DNA of 64,000 nt, from positions 1-64,000 of IMG/VR virus record IMGVR_UViG_3300032213_001070. One strand, written 5' to 3'. This document shows, piece by piece, positions 1 through 8,219 of this stretch. The notes beneath the pieces are model-generated. The model searched no databases, was not told the DNA's origin, and saw nothing but the letters and a program-made list of their open reading frames with translations. Numbering within the stretch: the stretch's first letter is position 1; each line of letters starts with the position of its first letter. This stretch comes from a virus. A program made the translations under genes and the position numbers.

Positions 1-423
1 ATCACTGGTAAAGGTATGGACTTGAACTTTGGATTTGCATACACTTCTTATGTGATTCCTTTCTTGGCAAATGTTAAGTTTGTATTGAACCCAGCATTTG
101 ACAATGTTCATACTAATGATATTGAGAACCCAATCATTGATGGTTTCCCATTATCATCTTACTCATTCATTATCTTTGATATCACTGACAATACTAATGA
201 CAACATATTCTTGTTGAAATTGTCTTGGGATAATCAATTGAAATGGTGGTATCAAAATGGTACTATGGACTACATGGGACGTACACAAGGATTCCAGTCT
301 TCTGGACAATTCAATGGGTACCGTGTTATGATGTCTCAAACAATGCCAGCTATCTGGGTTAAGGATCCTACTAAAGTCCTTAAGATTGTTATGAGAAACC
401 CAATCACTGGTGGATCATTCTAA
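1..423 (+). CDS. Major capsid protein, C-terminal part (crAss-like, HK97 fold); 5' end outside window
   Basis: Frame is open from base 1. C-terminal ...AIWVKDPTKVLKIV resembles crAss-like MCP ends. Followed by a strong terminator and by the typical crAss-like structural gene order. Confidence 0.75.
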   Translation: MTGKGMDLNFGFAYTSYVIPFLANVKFVLNPAFDNVHTNDIENPIIDGFPLSSYSFIIFDITDNTNDNIFLLKLSWDNQLKWWYQNGTMDYMGRTQGFQSSGQFNGYRVMMSQTMPAIWVKDPTKVLKIVMRNPITGGSF

Positions 424-442
424 CCAGGACACTATAAAAAAC

Positions 443-471
443 AGGGAGGGGTTTGACTCCTCCCTTTTTTT
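443..471 (+). terminator. Rho-independent terminator after MCP
   Basis: Stem AGGGAGGGGT / ACTCCTCCCT with TTG loop, then a T-tract. Confidence 0.85.
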
Positions 472-517
472 AATTAAAAAGTATTATATTTAACCAACAA
501 AATAAAAACCAACAACA

Positions 518-1534
518 ATGGAAAATTTCACAATGGTTGAGACCGGTAAGGGCTCAGTAAGAAAAACGGCAATTGCAGTCCGTCCGTTCTTTGACAGCAG
601 ATCTTCTAACATGGGATTAGAAGAATATGGTATGACTCTATTTGATGGAGTTACACATACAGAGCAACTTGCTTGCTTAGAAAACAATGGTGTGACCAGG
701 TATATTACCGGTCTTAATGAATATGCACCAGAGATAAAACTATTAGATCCTGATACAAGAGAATCTAAAGTAAAAGCAATCAGAGAAGCTGTAGCTGAAC
801 TTGAAAAAGAATTAGCTGCAAATATGATTAATGCAGAAGATGTAGATTTTTGGAATAAAGTAAAATTGCTTTCTCCAAGTAACTCTGACTTCTGGAACAA
901 AATAACTCTAGCATGTGGTAATGAACCAGTATACTTGGATCCAAAAGATCCATTTGATAGAATCAAGCTTTATGCTATTGAAGCCGGTGGCTTTTCAATT
1001 GTAGCAAAAAGTTTTGATGATGCTAGATCAAAACCAGTACCACCAAAGTTTTATCTTGATAAAGAAGAAGAAACAGTAATGGTAAGAACTGAATACAAGA
1101 AGTTGCGTAACAAAGCACTTTCTGAACTTCAGAAACTATTTGACAAAAACAGTACTAAGTTATTCTACATTGCTAAAGTTGTAGATATTAGTAGTACACA
1201 ATATAGAAAATCCACTCCAACTGATGTTCTGTATGAGAATATGGATATGTATATCAACGGGGATGGGGGAGAAACCAACAAAGAAAGAGCTGCCAAATCA
1301 TTTATGGAAGCAGCAAATATGGACATGGAAACACTAAAAATTAAATCAATTGTACGTGATTCCAGTTTTTTTAAGTATATTATAAGTAAGCCAGATGGTT
1401 ATTTATATCATAATAAGTCTAGTAGCTTATTAGGTAGAAATGTATCAGATGTAATTGAGTACTTGAAGAACCCTCTAAATGAGGATATTTTAAAGGATCT
1501 CAATGCTGCTTGTGAGAAGTATTGGAATTCTTAA
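518..1534 (+). CDS. Conserved crAss-like protein downstream of MCP (gene 75-like position), function unknown
   Basis: 338-aa ORF with A-rich leader; position directly after MCP. Confidence 0.6.
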   Translation: MENFTMVETGKGSVRKTAIAVRPFFDSRSSNMGLEEYGMTLFDGVTHTEQLACLENNGVTRYITGLNEYAPEIKLLDPDTRESKVKAIREAVAELEKELAANMINAEDVDFWNKVKLLSPSNSDFWNKITLACGNEPVYLDPKDPFDRIKLYAIEAGGFSIVAKSFDDARSKPVPPKFYLDKEEETVMVRTEYKKLRNKALSELQKLFDKNSTKLFYIAKVVDISSTQYRKSTPTDVLYENMDMYINGDGGETNKERAAKSFMEAANMDMETLKIKSIVRDSSFFKYIISKPDGYLYHNKSSSLLGRNVSDVIEYLKNPLNEDILKDLNAACEKYWNS

Positions 1535-1546
1535 ATTTAAAATAAA

Positions 1547-1915
1547 ATGAAAACTAAAATGAAAAAGTACCAGGATGGTGGACCAGCTGATGCAATGCAA
1601 AAAGCAATGGGTCAGAAACCTACATCTACTAAAAAAACAATGAAGTATGTAAAAAAGCATGGTTCAGGTTATATTCCACCTGCTGGTAAGAAAATGCAAT
1701 CAGGTGGTACTAGTGGTGGATACCCTACTACAGGTGGTGGTAAAAAAATGAAAACTGGTGGAATGGTAAATCCTAATGCTAAATTACAAGCTGGTAAAAA
1801 AGCTGGTAGTAAAGGTGTTATGCATAGTTTGAGTGCTAAGGCAGTTGTACAAAAGAAAGCTAAAGGTAGATCAGGTGGTACTAATAAATCAGTAGCAAGA
1901 CCTAAAAAAGGATAA
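1547..1915 (+). CDS. Small Lys/Gly-rich basic protein with repeated KKxxxGG motifs
   Basis: 122 aa; KKYQDGG, KKMQSGG, KKMKTGG; TAATG overlap with the next ORF. Confidence 0.75.
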   Translation: MKTKMKKYQDGGPADAMQKAMGQKPTSTKKTMKYVKKHGSGYIPPAGKKMQSGGTSGGYPTTGGGKKMKTGGMVNPNAKLQAGKKAGSKGVMHSLSAKAVVQKKAKGRSGGTNKSVARPKKG

Positions 1916-2253
1916 TGCCTAAAGATGCTTGTTATAGTAAAGTAAAAGCACAGTATGCTGTGTTTCCTTCTGCTAGGGCTTCTCAAGCTATTGCCAAATG
2001 CCGTAAAGGTAAAGGCACTGTTAGAAAGACTGAGAAAGGAACAGAGCTTAAAAGATGGCAAGCCGAGAAATGGCAAGATACAAAATCTGGAAAACCTTGT
2101 GGTGCCGGTGGTTCTAATGAATACTGCCGGCCTACCAAGAGGGTTTCTAGTAAGACACCTAAAACTAAATATGAACTAACTCCTTCTAAACTAGCTGCTA
2201 AGAAAGCTGAGAAGTCTAAAGTAGGTATGGGAAGAAGAGTTAAAAAAGTATAA
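1915..2253 (+). CDS. Small basic phage protein (DUF5872-like by recall)
   Basis: 112 aa; LKRW..EKW.D..SGKPCG...YCRP.KRVS.KTP motif; translationally coupled. Confidence 0.7.
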   Translation: MPKDACYSKVKAQYAVFPSARASQAIAKCRKGKGTVRKTEKGTELKRWQAEKWQDTKSGKPCGAGGSNEYCRPTKRVSSKTPKTKYELTPSKLAAKKAEKSKVGMGRRVKKV

Positions 2254-2255
2254 CC

Positions 2256-2498
2256 ATGGCAATTAAAAAAACAACAACTAAAAAATCAACACCAGCTAAG
2301 AAAAGTTCTTCAGTTGGTATTTCCATTTTTGGTGGGGGTAAAGCAGAACAAAGAAAATGGGAAATTGAATCTGCTATGTCTACATTACAAAGAGCTTCTG
2401 AGATTCAGAAGAATACAAAGCTTATGAATGATGTAAAGAAAATGGCTGCTGAAAAGGCAAAAGAATTTAACAGCATTGCTGCTGGTAAAAAGATTTAA
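2256..2498 (+). CDS. Small basic hypothetical protein
   Basis: 80 aa, Lys-rich, tightly packed in the operon. Confidence 0.7.
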   Translation: MAIKKTTTKKSTPAKKSSSVGISIFGGGKAEQRKWEIESAMSTLQRASEIQKNTKLMNDVKKMAAEKAKEFNSIAAGKKI

Positions 2499-2523
2499 TT
2501 TGTAATATTTAAAACTATATAAA

Positions 2524-2853
2524 ATGCAATCTCCAAAAAAAGGTACTGTTAAAAAAACAGTTAAGAAAGAACCACAGTCTGATAGAAAACTAAAAGATCA
2601 AGCAAGCCGTGCTATAAAAGACTTTAAAAAAGGATTTACAGATTCTTATAAACCAATTGTTGAAGGTATAAAAATGGCTGTACCCTCTAAGAGCACTAGA
2701 GAAGGTTTTGTTAAAGGTCTTAATACTGCAGTTCCAAAGAGCAAGTATATTAGAAAAGCTATTGAAGGTACACCTGAATACAAAGTAGCCAAAGGTATTA
2801 AAAAAGCTGCCGGATTTAAAAAAGGTGGAATGATTAAAACTAAGAAAAAATAA
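2524..2853 (+). CDS. Small basic protein ending in FKKGGMIK
   Basis: 109 aa, Lys-rich, internal AVP.KS duplication. Confidence 0.7.
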   Translation: MQSPKKGTVKKTVKKEPQSDRKLKDQASRAIKDFKKGFTDSYKPIVEGIKMAVPSKSTREGFVKGLNTAVPKSKYIRKAIEGTPEYKVAKGIKKAAGFKKGGMIKTKKK

Positions 2854-2855
2854 TC

Positions 2856-3146
2856 ATGACACAGGCAAAGGCTAAGAAAGTAAAAGTTACTGCCGGTGGT
2901 GAAAAGCATGTAGTATATAAAAAGACTACTAAGAAAGGTGAGGGAAAGGTTGGCCACATAATGGTCAACCATCCTACCAAAGACAAAGGTCAGTGGGATA
3001 CAATAGATCTTACTGCAAAAGGTAGAGCTAAGACTGTTAAACAAGGAGTAGCCGCTACAAAGAAATGGCATAAGGATAACCCGGATTATAAATATAAAGG
3101 TAAAGGTAATGGCAAAGTCACCAGCATGGCAAAGAAAAGAAGGTAA
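2856..3146 (+). CDS. Small basic hypothetical protein
   Basis: 96 aa, Lys-rich; overlaps the next ORF by 38 nt. Confidence 0.65.
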   Translation: MTQAKAKKVKVTAGGEKHVVYKKTTKKGEGKVGHIMVNHPTKDKGQWDTIDLTAKGRAKTVKQGVAATKKWHKDNPDYKYKGKGNGKVTSMAKKRR

Positions 3147-3381
3147 GAATCCAGAAGGAGGTCTTAATGCTAAAGGAGTAGCAAGTTATAGAGCAGCTAA
3201 TCCAGGTAGTAAACTTCAGACAGCTGTAACTACTAAACCTTCTAAGTTAAAACCTGGAAGTAAAGATGCTAAGAGACGCAAGAGCTTCTGTAGCAGAATG
3301 TCTGGGATGCCTGGACCTATGAAAGATGAAAAAGGAAGACCTACAAGAAAAGCTCTTTCTTTAAGAAAATGGAACTGTTAA
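3109..3381 (+). CDS. Small basic phage protein (DUF6321-like by recall)
   Basis: 90 aa; AWQRKEGKNP.GGLN.KG...RRKSFC.RM.GM...SLRKWNC pattern. Confidence 0.7.
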   Translation: MAKSPAWQRKEGKNPEGGLNAKGVASYRAANPGSKLQTAVTTKPSKLKPGSKDAKRRKSFCSRMSGMPGPMKDEKGRPTRKALSLRKWNC

Positions 3382-3391
3382 ATTATATATA

Positions 3392-3787
3392 ATGAAAAAG
3401 GTAGTTAAAAAGTCAGCAACTAAAAAAGCTTTACCAAAAGCACAATTAGGTCTTATTACTAAAACAATTAAAGGAGCTGCTAAAGGAGCTGTCAAAGGTG
3501 GTAAGAGTGCACTTAAAGCTGCTAGAAAAGAAGCAAGTGCTGCTAAATCAAAAGGATTTGGTGAGAGTGGGCAGTATGCAAGAGCAAGTGATATGCGTAA
3601 AAGTGATAACTATAGAGCTGGAAGAGGTTATTCAGATCCAGTAGGTGATAGAGATGATGCTAACAAAGTTAAATTAGTAGGTATGGCTGCAATAGGAACA
3701 GCAGCAGGAGCCGGAATGTTAGCTAACAGAAAAAGCGGACCTTCAAAAAAATCAACTACTAATAAGAAAACTAAAAAAAATAAATAA
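3392..3787 (+). CDS. Small basic protein with PKAQLG motif and short hydrophobic C-terminal segment
   Basis: 131 aa, Lys/Ala/Gly-rich. Confidence 0.7.
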   Translation: MKKVVKKSATKKALPKAQLGLITKTIKGAAKGAVKGGKSALKAARKEASAAKSKGFGESGQYARASDMRKSDNYRAGRGYSDPVGDRDDANKVKLVGMAAIGTAAGAGMLANRKSGPSKKSTTNKKTKKNK

Positions 3788-3788
3788 A

Positions 3789-4451
3789 ATGAAAACTTGT
3801 AAATCAGGATGTGGAGGCAAAATGAAAGCCGGAGGATCTGTAAAGAAAATAAAGAAAATGGCTCATGGTGGTCAAGCTCTAAATAAAGCTAAAGGATTTG
3901 CCCCTGCACAAAAAGGCGGTGACAATGTATCTAAACAAATTTATGGTATACCTAATGCTGGTACTACTGGTCCAAATAGAACTGCTGGATATGACTATAA
4001 AAAAGGTGGCTCAGTTAAAAAATTAAAGAAAGCACAAAACGGTGCTGAAGTTGATCTTGATGCTCCACCATTTAAAACTAGAAGTTCTAAAATTGGTGTT
4101 GGTCTTATAGGTTCTGGAATAGCCGGTATGGCAACAAAAGCTATTGCAGATAAAGTAAAAGCTAGAAAAGCTGCTAAAAAAGCTTCTGAAGAAAAAAAGA
4201 AAAATGAAACTACTAAAGCTAAATTTGGTGCAGAAGTAAAAGTGCAAAGAGGTTATCCAGGTAAAATCAGATCTTCTGAAGCTCAAGGATACACAGCTGT
4301 TGGTAAAAGAGAGCCAGGAAGAACTAAGTTTCCTAAACTTGCTAAAGGTGGTTTTCCAGATCTAACAGGAGATGGTAAAGTAACTAAAGCGGATGTTCTT
4401 AAAGGTAGAGGTGTTATCAAGAAAAAAGGTGGTGCAGTTAAAAAGAAATAA
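3789..4451 (+). CDS. Basic protein with multiple xxxGG motifs and a C-terminal EF-hand/dockerin-like loop
   Basis: 220 aa; KMKAGG, KMAHGG, YKKGG, KAQNG, KAKFG, LAKGG, KKKGG; DLTGDGKVTKAD loop. Confidence 0.75.
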   Translation: MKTCKSGCGGKMKAGGSVKKIKKMAHGGQALNKAKGFAPAQKGGDNVSKQIYGIPNAGTTGPNRTAGYDYKKGGSVKKLKKAQNGAEVDLDAPPFKTRSSKIGVGLIGSGIAGMATKAIADKVKARKAAKKASEEKKKNETTKAKFGAEVKVQRGYPGKIRSSEAQGYTAVGKREPGRTKFPKLAKGGFPDLTGDGKVTKADVLKGRGVIKKKGGAVKKK

Positions 4452-4453
4452 TC

Positions 4454-4618
4454 ATGGCAACTAAAAAGAAGTCAGATAAAAACTGGATACAGAAAGCTAC
4501 AGCCTCTATTAAACGTAGAGGCACTGCAGGTAAGTGTACTCCAATAACTAAACCTGGTTGCACAGGAAAAGCTAAGGCTCTTGCTAAAACATTTAAGAAG
4601 ATTGCTAAAAATAGATAA
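4454..4618 (+). CDS. 54-aa basic protein (not in ORF track)
   Basis: Translates as MATKKKSDKNWIQKATASIKRRGTAGKCTPITKPGCTGKAKALAKTFKKIAKNR and fills the gap between the flanking genes with 2-nt spacing on each side. Confidence 0.7.
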   Translation: MATKKKSDKNWIQKATASIKRRGTAGKCTPITKPGCTGKAKALAKTFKKIAKNR

Positions 4619-4620
4619 TA

Positions 4621-5319
4621 ATGCTTAATAGTACTATTACCATAAAAGTTAAAGAACGTCTCAATAAGTTAGACAGCCAAGACTATGACAACATAGAATG
4701 CTGGACTATTGTTGAGGCTTTCAACAAGGCTCAGGTTGAGTGGGCTAGAAGACAGCTGCATGGTATTAACCAAGTAAGAGAAGGTGATGAGCAGTCTACC
4801 CGTAGAAAAGATGACTTACAAATCTTACTAGTTACAGAAACATTAGCTGCAGTTGATAAAGAGTACTATTACCGTGGTGTTATTCCACAGGATTATCTAC
4901 AGTGGAAAAGAGTTGACATCTTTGCTAACAAAGAATGCTGTGATAAAAGAAGAATGACTGTATATTTAGCAGAAGAAGGAAATCTTAATCAACTTCTCAG
5001 AGATAAAGCTAAACAACCTAACTTTGAATGGGCAGAAACATTTGCTACACTTAAAGGTGGTAATGTTAATGTATATACTAATGGTGAGTTTGATATAAAT
5101 AACATTGATCTTATTTATTATAGGCAACCTATTAAGATACAGATTCAAGGATGTGTAGATCCTTACACCAATATTACATCTACTGCAAATGTAGAATGTG
5201 AGTTTAAAGATGATATAATAGAATTAATAATTGATGAGGCTGTAAGTATTATAGCTGGAGATATTGAGTCAGGAAACCAATTCTCTAGAGGTACGGATAC
5301 AGCTGAACGTAACAACTAA
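4621..5319 (+). CDS. Head-tail ring (adaptor) protein, crAss-like
   Basis: 232 aa; LNKLDS...FNKAQ...EQS.RR.DDLQ.LL...YYRQP...CEF...IIDEAV pattern typical of crAss ring proteins. Confidence 0.65.
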   Translation: MLNSTITIKVKERLNKLDSQDYDNIECWTIVEAFNKAQVEWARRQLHGINQVREGDEQSTRRKDDLQILLVTETLAAVDKEYYYRGVIPQDYLQWKRVDIFANKECCDKRRMTVYLAEEGNLNQLLRDKAKQPNFEWAETFATLKGGNVNVYTNGEFDINNIDLIYYRQPIKIQIQGCVDPYTNITSTANVECEFKDDIIELIIDEAVSIIAGDIESGNQFSRGTDTAERNN

Positions 5320-5324
5320 TAATA

Positions 5325-5777
5325 ATGGAAAAACCTAGAATGTTAAAAAGAGATACTGCAGCAAATGCCTCATACTCAAGTGCTCCAGCAGGAGGTTCTG
5401 TAGATACTATGACAGCAGCATGTGTATCAGAACTAATGAATGCTGCAACAAGTATTCACAAGCTACATTTAAAAGTAACTGGTACTGGATCATATGCAGC
5501 ACATAAAGCTCTTAATGATTTATATGATGCATTACCTGGACATGCTGATGATTTAGCAGAAGGATATCAAGGAGCAGCAGAGAAGTTACTTACTTATTCA
5601 GAAGTAGCTCCAAGAGTACTTAATTCAGTAGATGAAGCTTTAGGATATATTAGAGAGATGGCAACTATGGTATCTGGTTTACAAGCTAAGATGCCATACT
5701 CAGAATTAGTAAATGATCTAGATACTATTAAGTCTACACTTAATTCTGCTAAGTATAAATTACTTTTCTTAAAATAA
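5325..5777 (+). CDS. Dps/ferritin-like four-helix bundle protein
   Basis: 150 aa; H.LH..V.G..SYAAH.AL.DLYD.L....D.LAE.YQG resembles the Dps ferroxidase signature. Confidence 0.7.
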   Translation: MEKPRMLKRDTAANASYSSAPAGGSVDTMTAACVSELMNAATSIHKLHLKVTGTGSYAAHKALNDLYDALPGHADDLAEGYQGAAEKLLTYSEVAPRVLNSVDEALGYIREMATMVSGLQAKMPYSELVNDLDTIKSTLNSAKYKLLFLK

Positions 5778-5808
5778 TTTGGATTATTGAAAAACTTTTA
5801 CTATATTA

Positions 5809-5817
5809 TAGTATATT
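5809..5817 (+). promoter_or_regulatory. Putative late-promoter motif TAGTATATT
   Basis: The same 9-mer occurs intergenically at 10608, 13324 and 23275, each upstream of a plus-strand gene. Confidence 0.4.
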
Positions 5818-5843
5818 TATTTATTAACTAAAACAAAAAAACA

Positions 5844-7382
5844 ATGAGTTATTTTAATCATGCTTTTCAAAAGACGTTTGTTGGAACCAATGGTTTTGTA
5901 AACACGCTTTCTGGAAAATTAGGCTCACCTGGTAATATACTTACTGGTGGTCAATTTGCATTTGTAGATGCAAAAACTTGGACTCTACAAACAGCTGCTC
6001 CTGGAGGATGTTGTCCTTTAGTTCTTGCTGCAGGTTCAATCTATCAAAGAGATAAGATTGGTCCTTTCCATGGTGGATACTTAGAGACTAACAAATCTAA
6101 AGTAATCAATCCTAAATATGTTAGCAAATTCTACCGTGTAGATCCATGTTTACCACAAAATGAAGTAGTTCATTTAGGTAATACAGCTTACACAGATGAC
6201 GTTGCTTTAACATTGGCTATTGATACTGCTGGAGCAAATCTTGTTGATGGTGTTTACTCTGATGTTGAATTATGTCCTGCAGGAGCTGCTCCAGGTGGAC
6301 AAAATGCTTATGCTAATATTACTGTAGTAGATGGTGAAGTTACATTTGTTGAATTAACAAATGGTGGTTCAGGATTTACAACAGGTGATCTTATTCTTCC
6401 ATGTGTTGATTTACCAAATACAGGTGAAGATACACAACCTGAGTTTGAAGTAACTGCTGGTGTAGGTGCTAACTGTTGTAAAAAATTCTATTGTGGTGAA
6501 ACATATACATTACGTGTTGATGTTAAAGGTTCTCCTGCATTAAGATTACTTAACCACAACTCTTATATCATTGCTTCTGCATATGGTGGATGTTGTCCAG
6601 AAGGATCTATTGCTCCAGTAGAAATTGATTCAACATTAATTTTTATTCAATGGGCTACTGCAATTGTAAGATATCCTGTTATATCTCCATTCTTGTTACC
6701 AATTGTTATTGACCAAACTGGTACTCCTTGGTATGCTCCAGGAACAGATGCTGCTTTCTTAGCTGATGAGGGTGTTGATACTTGGGATCACTATGTATCT
6801 CCAGGATATATTGAAGATGCATGTGCTGGTTTAGTATTAGTAGGTGCTTATGTAGATACTAAGTTTGAAAACTGTACATTCCAATTGACTGACTTCTATG
6901 AAGTTGAGCCAGTTAGAATCTATGCATCTGAAGTTGATCTTAATGGTGATCCATGTTTGTTTGACGGAGTATGTGTTATCAAAGAATGTGAAGGAAGACA
7001 AGCTATGGGATTAGGTGAATCAGTTGCACGTGATGTAATCTTATCTGAGCAATACAGACAAAACTTCTTCCACAGTGATTTCAGGATTCGTGAGATTACA
7101 CAAGGATACAGTGTGTTTGATTACATTAACCGTAACAACTTGTATACAAGATATTACTTGTTACATAATGTTCCACGCTTCAATAACCCAACTAGTACAT
7201 TTGATAATGATCAATACTTGTTAGAGATCATCACTGATGGTATAGAAAGTGATTTTCAAGGGTTTGTTAACACTTGGTTAGGAAGCTGCGGATCACCTTG
7301 TGTTACTTTGGAAAATGAATCTTGTGTTCAAGATGCATGTTGTGCAATTTATCCTTATCCAGGACAAGTTTGTCCAGACTAA
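5844..7382 (+). CDS. Abundant virion structural protein (auxiliary capsid or similar), Cys-rich
   Basis: 512 aa; flanked by a putative promoter and a terminator; contains a Gly-rich beta module (G.NA.A.ITV.DG.VT.V.LTNGGSGF). Confidence 0.5.
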   Translation: MSYFNHAFQKTFVGTNGFVNTLSGKLGSPGNILTGGQFAFVDAKTWTLQTAAPGGCCPLVLAAGSIYQRDKIGPFHGGYLETNKSKVINPKYVSKFYRVDPCLPQNEVVHLGNTAYTDDVALTLAIDTAGANLVDGVYSDVELCPAGAAPGGQNAYANITVVDGEVTFVELTNGGSGFTTGDLILPCVDLPNTGEDTQPEFEVTAGVGANCCKKFYCGETYTLRVDVKGSPALRLLNHNSYIIASAYGGCCPEGSIAPVEIDSTLIFIQWATAIVRYPVISPFLLPIVIDQTGTPWYAPGTDAAFLADEGVDTWDHYVSPGYIEDACAGLVLVGAYVDTKFENCTFQLTDFYEVEPVRIYASEVDLNGDPCLFDGVCVIKECEGRQAMGLGESVARDVILSEQYRQNFFHSDFRIREITQGYSVFDYINRNNLYTRYYLLHNVPRFNNPTSTFDNDQYLLEIITDGIESDFQGFVNTWLGSCGSPCVTLENESCVQDACCAIYPYPGQVCPD

Positions 7383-7403
7383 TCTTATAGACTAAAAACA
7401 ACT

Positions 7404-7438
7404 AAGGGGAGCTGAGTTTCATACTCCTCCCCTTTTTT
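7404..7438 (+). terminator. Rho-independent terminator
   Basis: AAGGGGAG(CT)GAGT / ACTCCTCCCCTT stem, then a T-tract. Confidence 0.8.
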
Positions 7439-7449
7439 ATTATTTCACT

Positions 7450-7992
7450 ATGGCTAATCATATACTAAGTTTAGAGGTTCCAACTGTAATGAATTCTTGT
7501 ATCTTAAAGATATTTGATACAAGTGTTTATACTACACTGCTTCCGGTAACATGTCCAACATTAAATATAACAGTACCCGGATTTGGATACTCTGTACAAC
7601 TAGATACTACACAAGATTTTGTAGAGACTATAACAGCATGTGACTTACAGCTACAAACAACAGATTGTGGAACAGTTACTGTAGATATACCTGATGGTGT
7701 ATACATTATTAAGTATAGTGTATCTCCTAATGATACAGTATATGTAGAGTATAATCATATGAGAATCACTCAGGCATTGAATAAGTATTATAACATCCTA
7801 TGTGATGTAGATGCTGCAGCATGTGATCCTCCCTTCAAAATAAAACAAAAACTTGAAGAGTTAAGATTAATTTTTATGTATCTTCAAGCTGCAAAAGGTA
7901 AAGTAGAGTTTTGTCATGAGCCACAGAAAGGTATGAGCTTGTACAATTATGCTTTAAAACTTTTGAATAAAATGAATTGTACTAATTGTTAA
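7450..7992 (+). CDS. Probable tail hub / fibre-attachment protein
   Basis: 180 aa; PDGVY.IKYSV.P motif and helical C-terminus ending CTNC; position in the crAss-like tail block. Confidence 0.45.
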   Translation: MANHILSLEVPTVMNSCILKIFDTSVYTTLLPVTCPTLNITVPGFGYSVQLDTTQDFVETITACDLQLQTTDCGTVTVDIPDGVYIIKYSVSPNDTVYVEYNHMRITQALNKYYNILCDVDAAACDPPFKIKQKLEELRLIFMYLQAAKGKVEFCHEPQKGMSLYNYALKLLNKMNCTNC

Positions 7993-8012
7993 CTAATTAA
8001 AACCAACAACTT

Positions 8013-8219
8013 ATGGCAACTTGTGCAAACTGTGGAGCTAGTCTATCATGCGGATGTCAGAAAAGAACACTACCAAATGGTAAAAGCGGATGTGCTAACT
8101 GTGCTAATAAAGTAAACCAACAATCAAAAGTAGAACAAAAAAAACCAGTAACTCCAACTACTAATAAAGTTTGGGGACCTGATAGATATAAACATTTACA
8201 AAAGTTTATTAAGAAATAA
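8013..8219 (+). CDS. 68-aa Cys-rich protein (Zn-ribbon/metallothionein-like)
   Basis: CANC...CGC...CANC; leader AAAACCAACAAC; TAATG overlap with the next gene. Confidence 0.65.
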   Translation: MATCANCGASLSCGCQKRTLPNGKSGCANCANKVNQQSKVEQKKPVTPTTNKVWGPDRYKHLQKFIKK

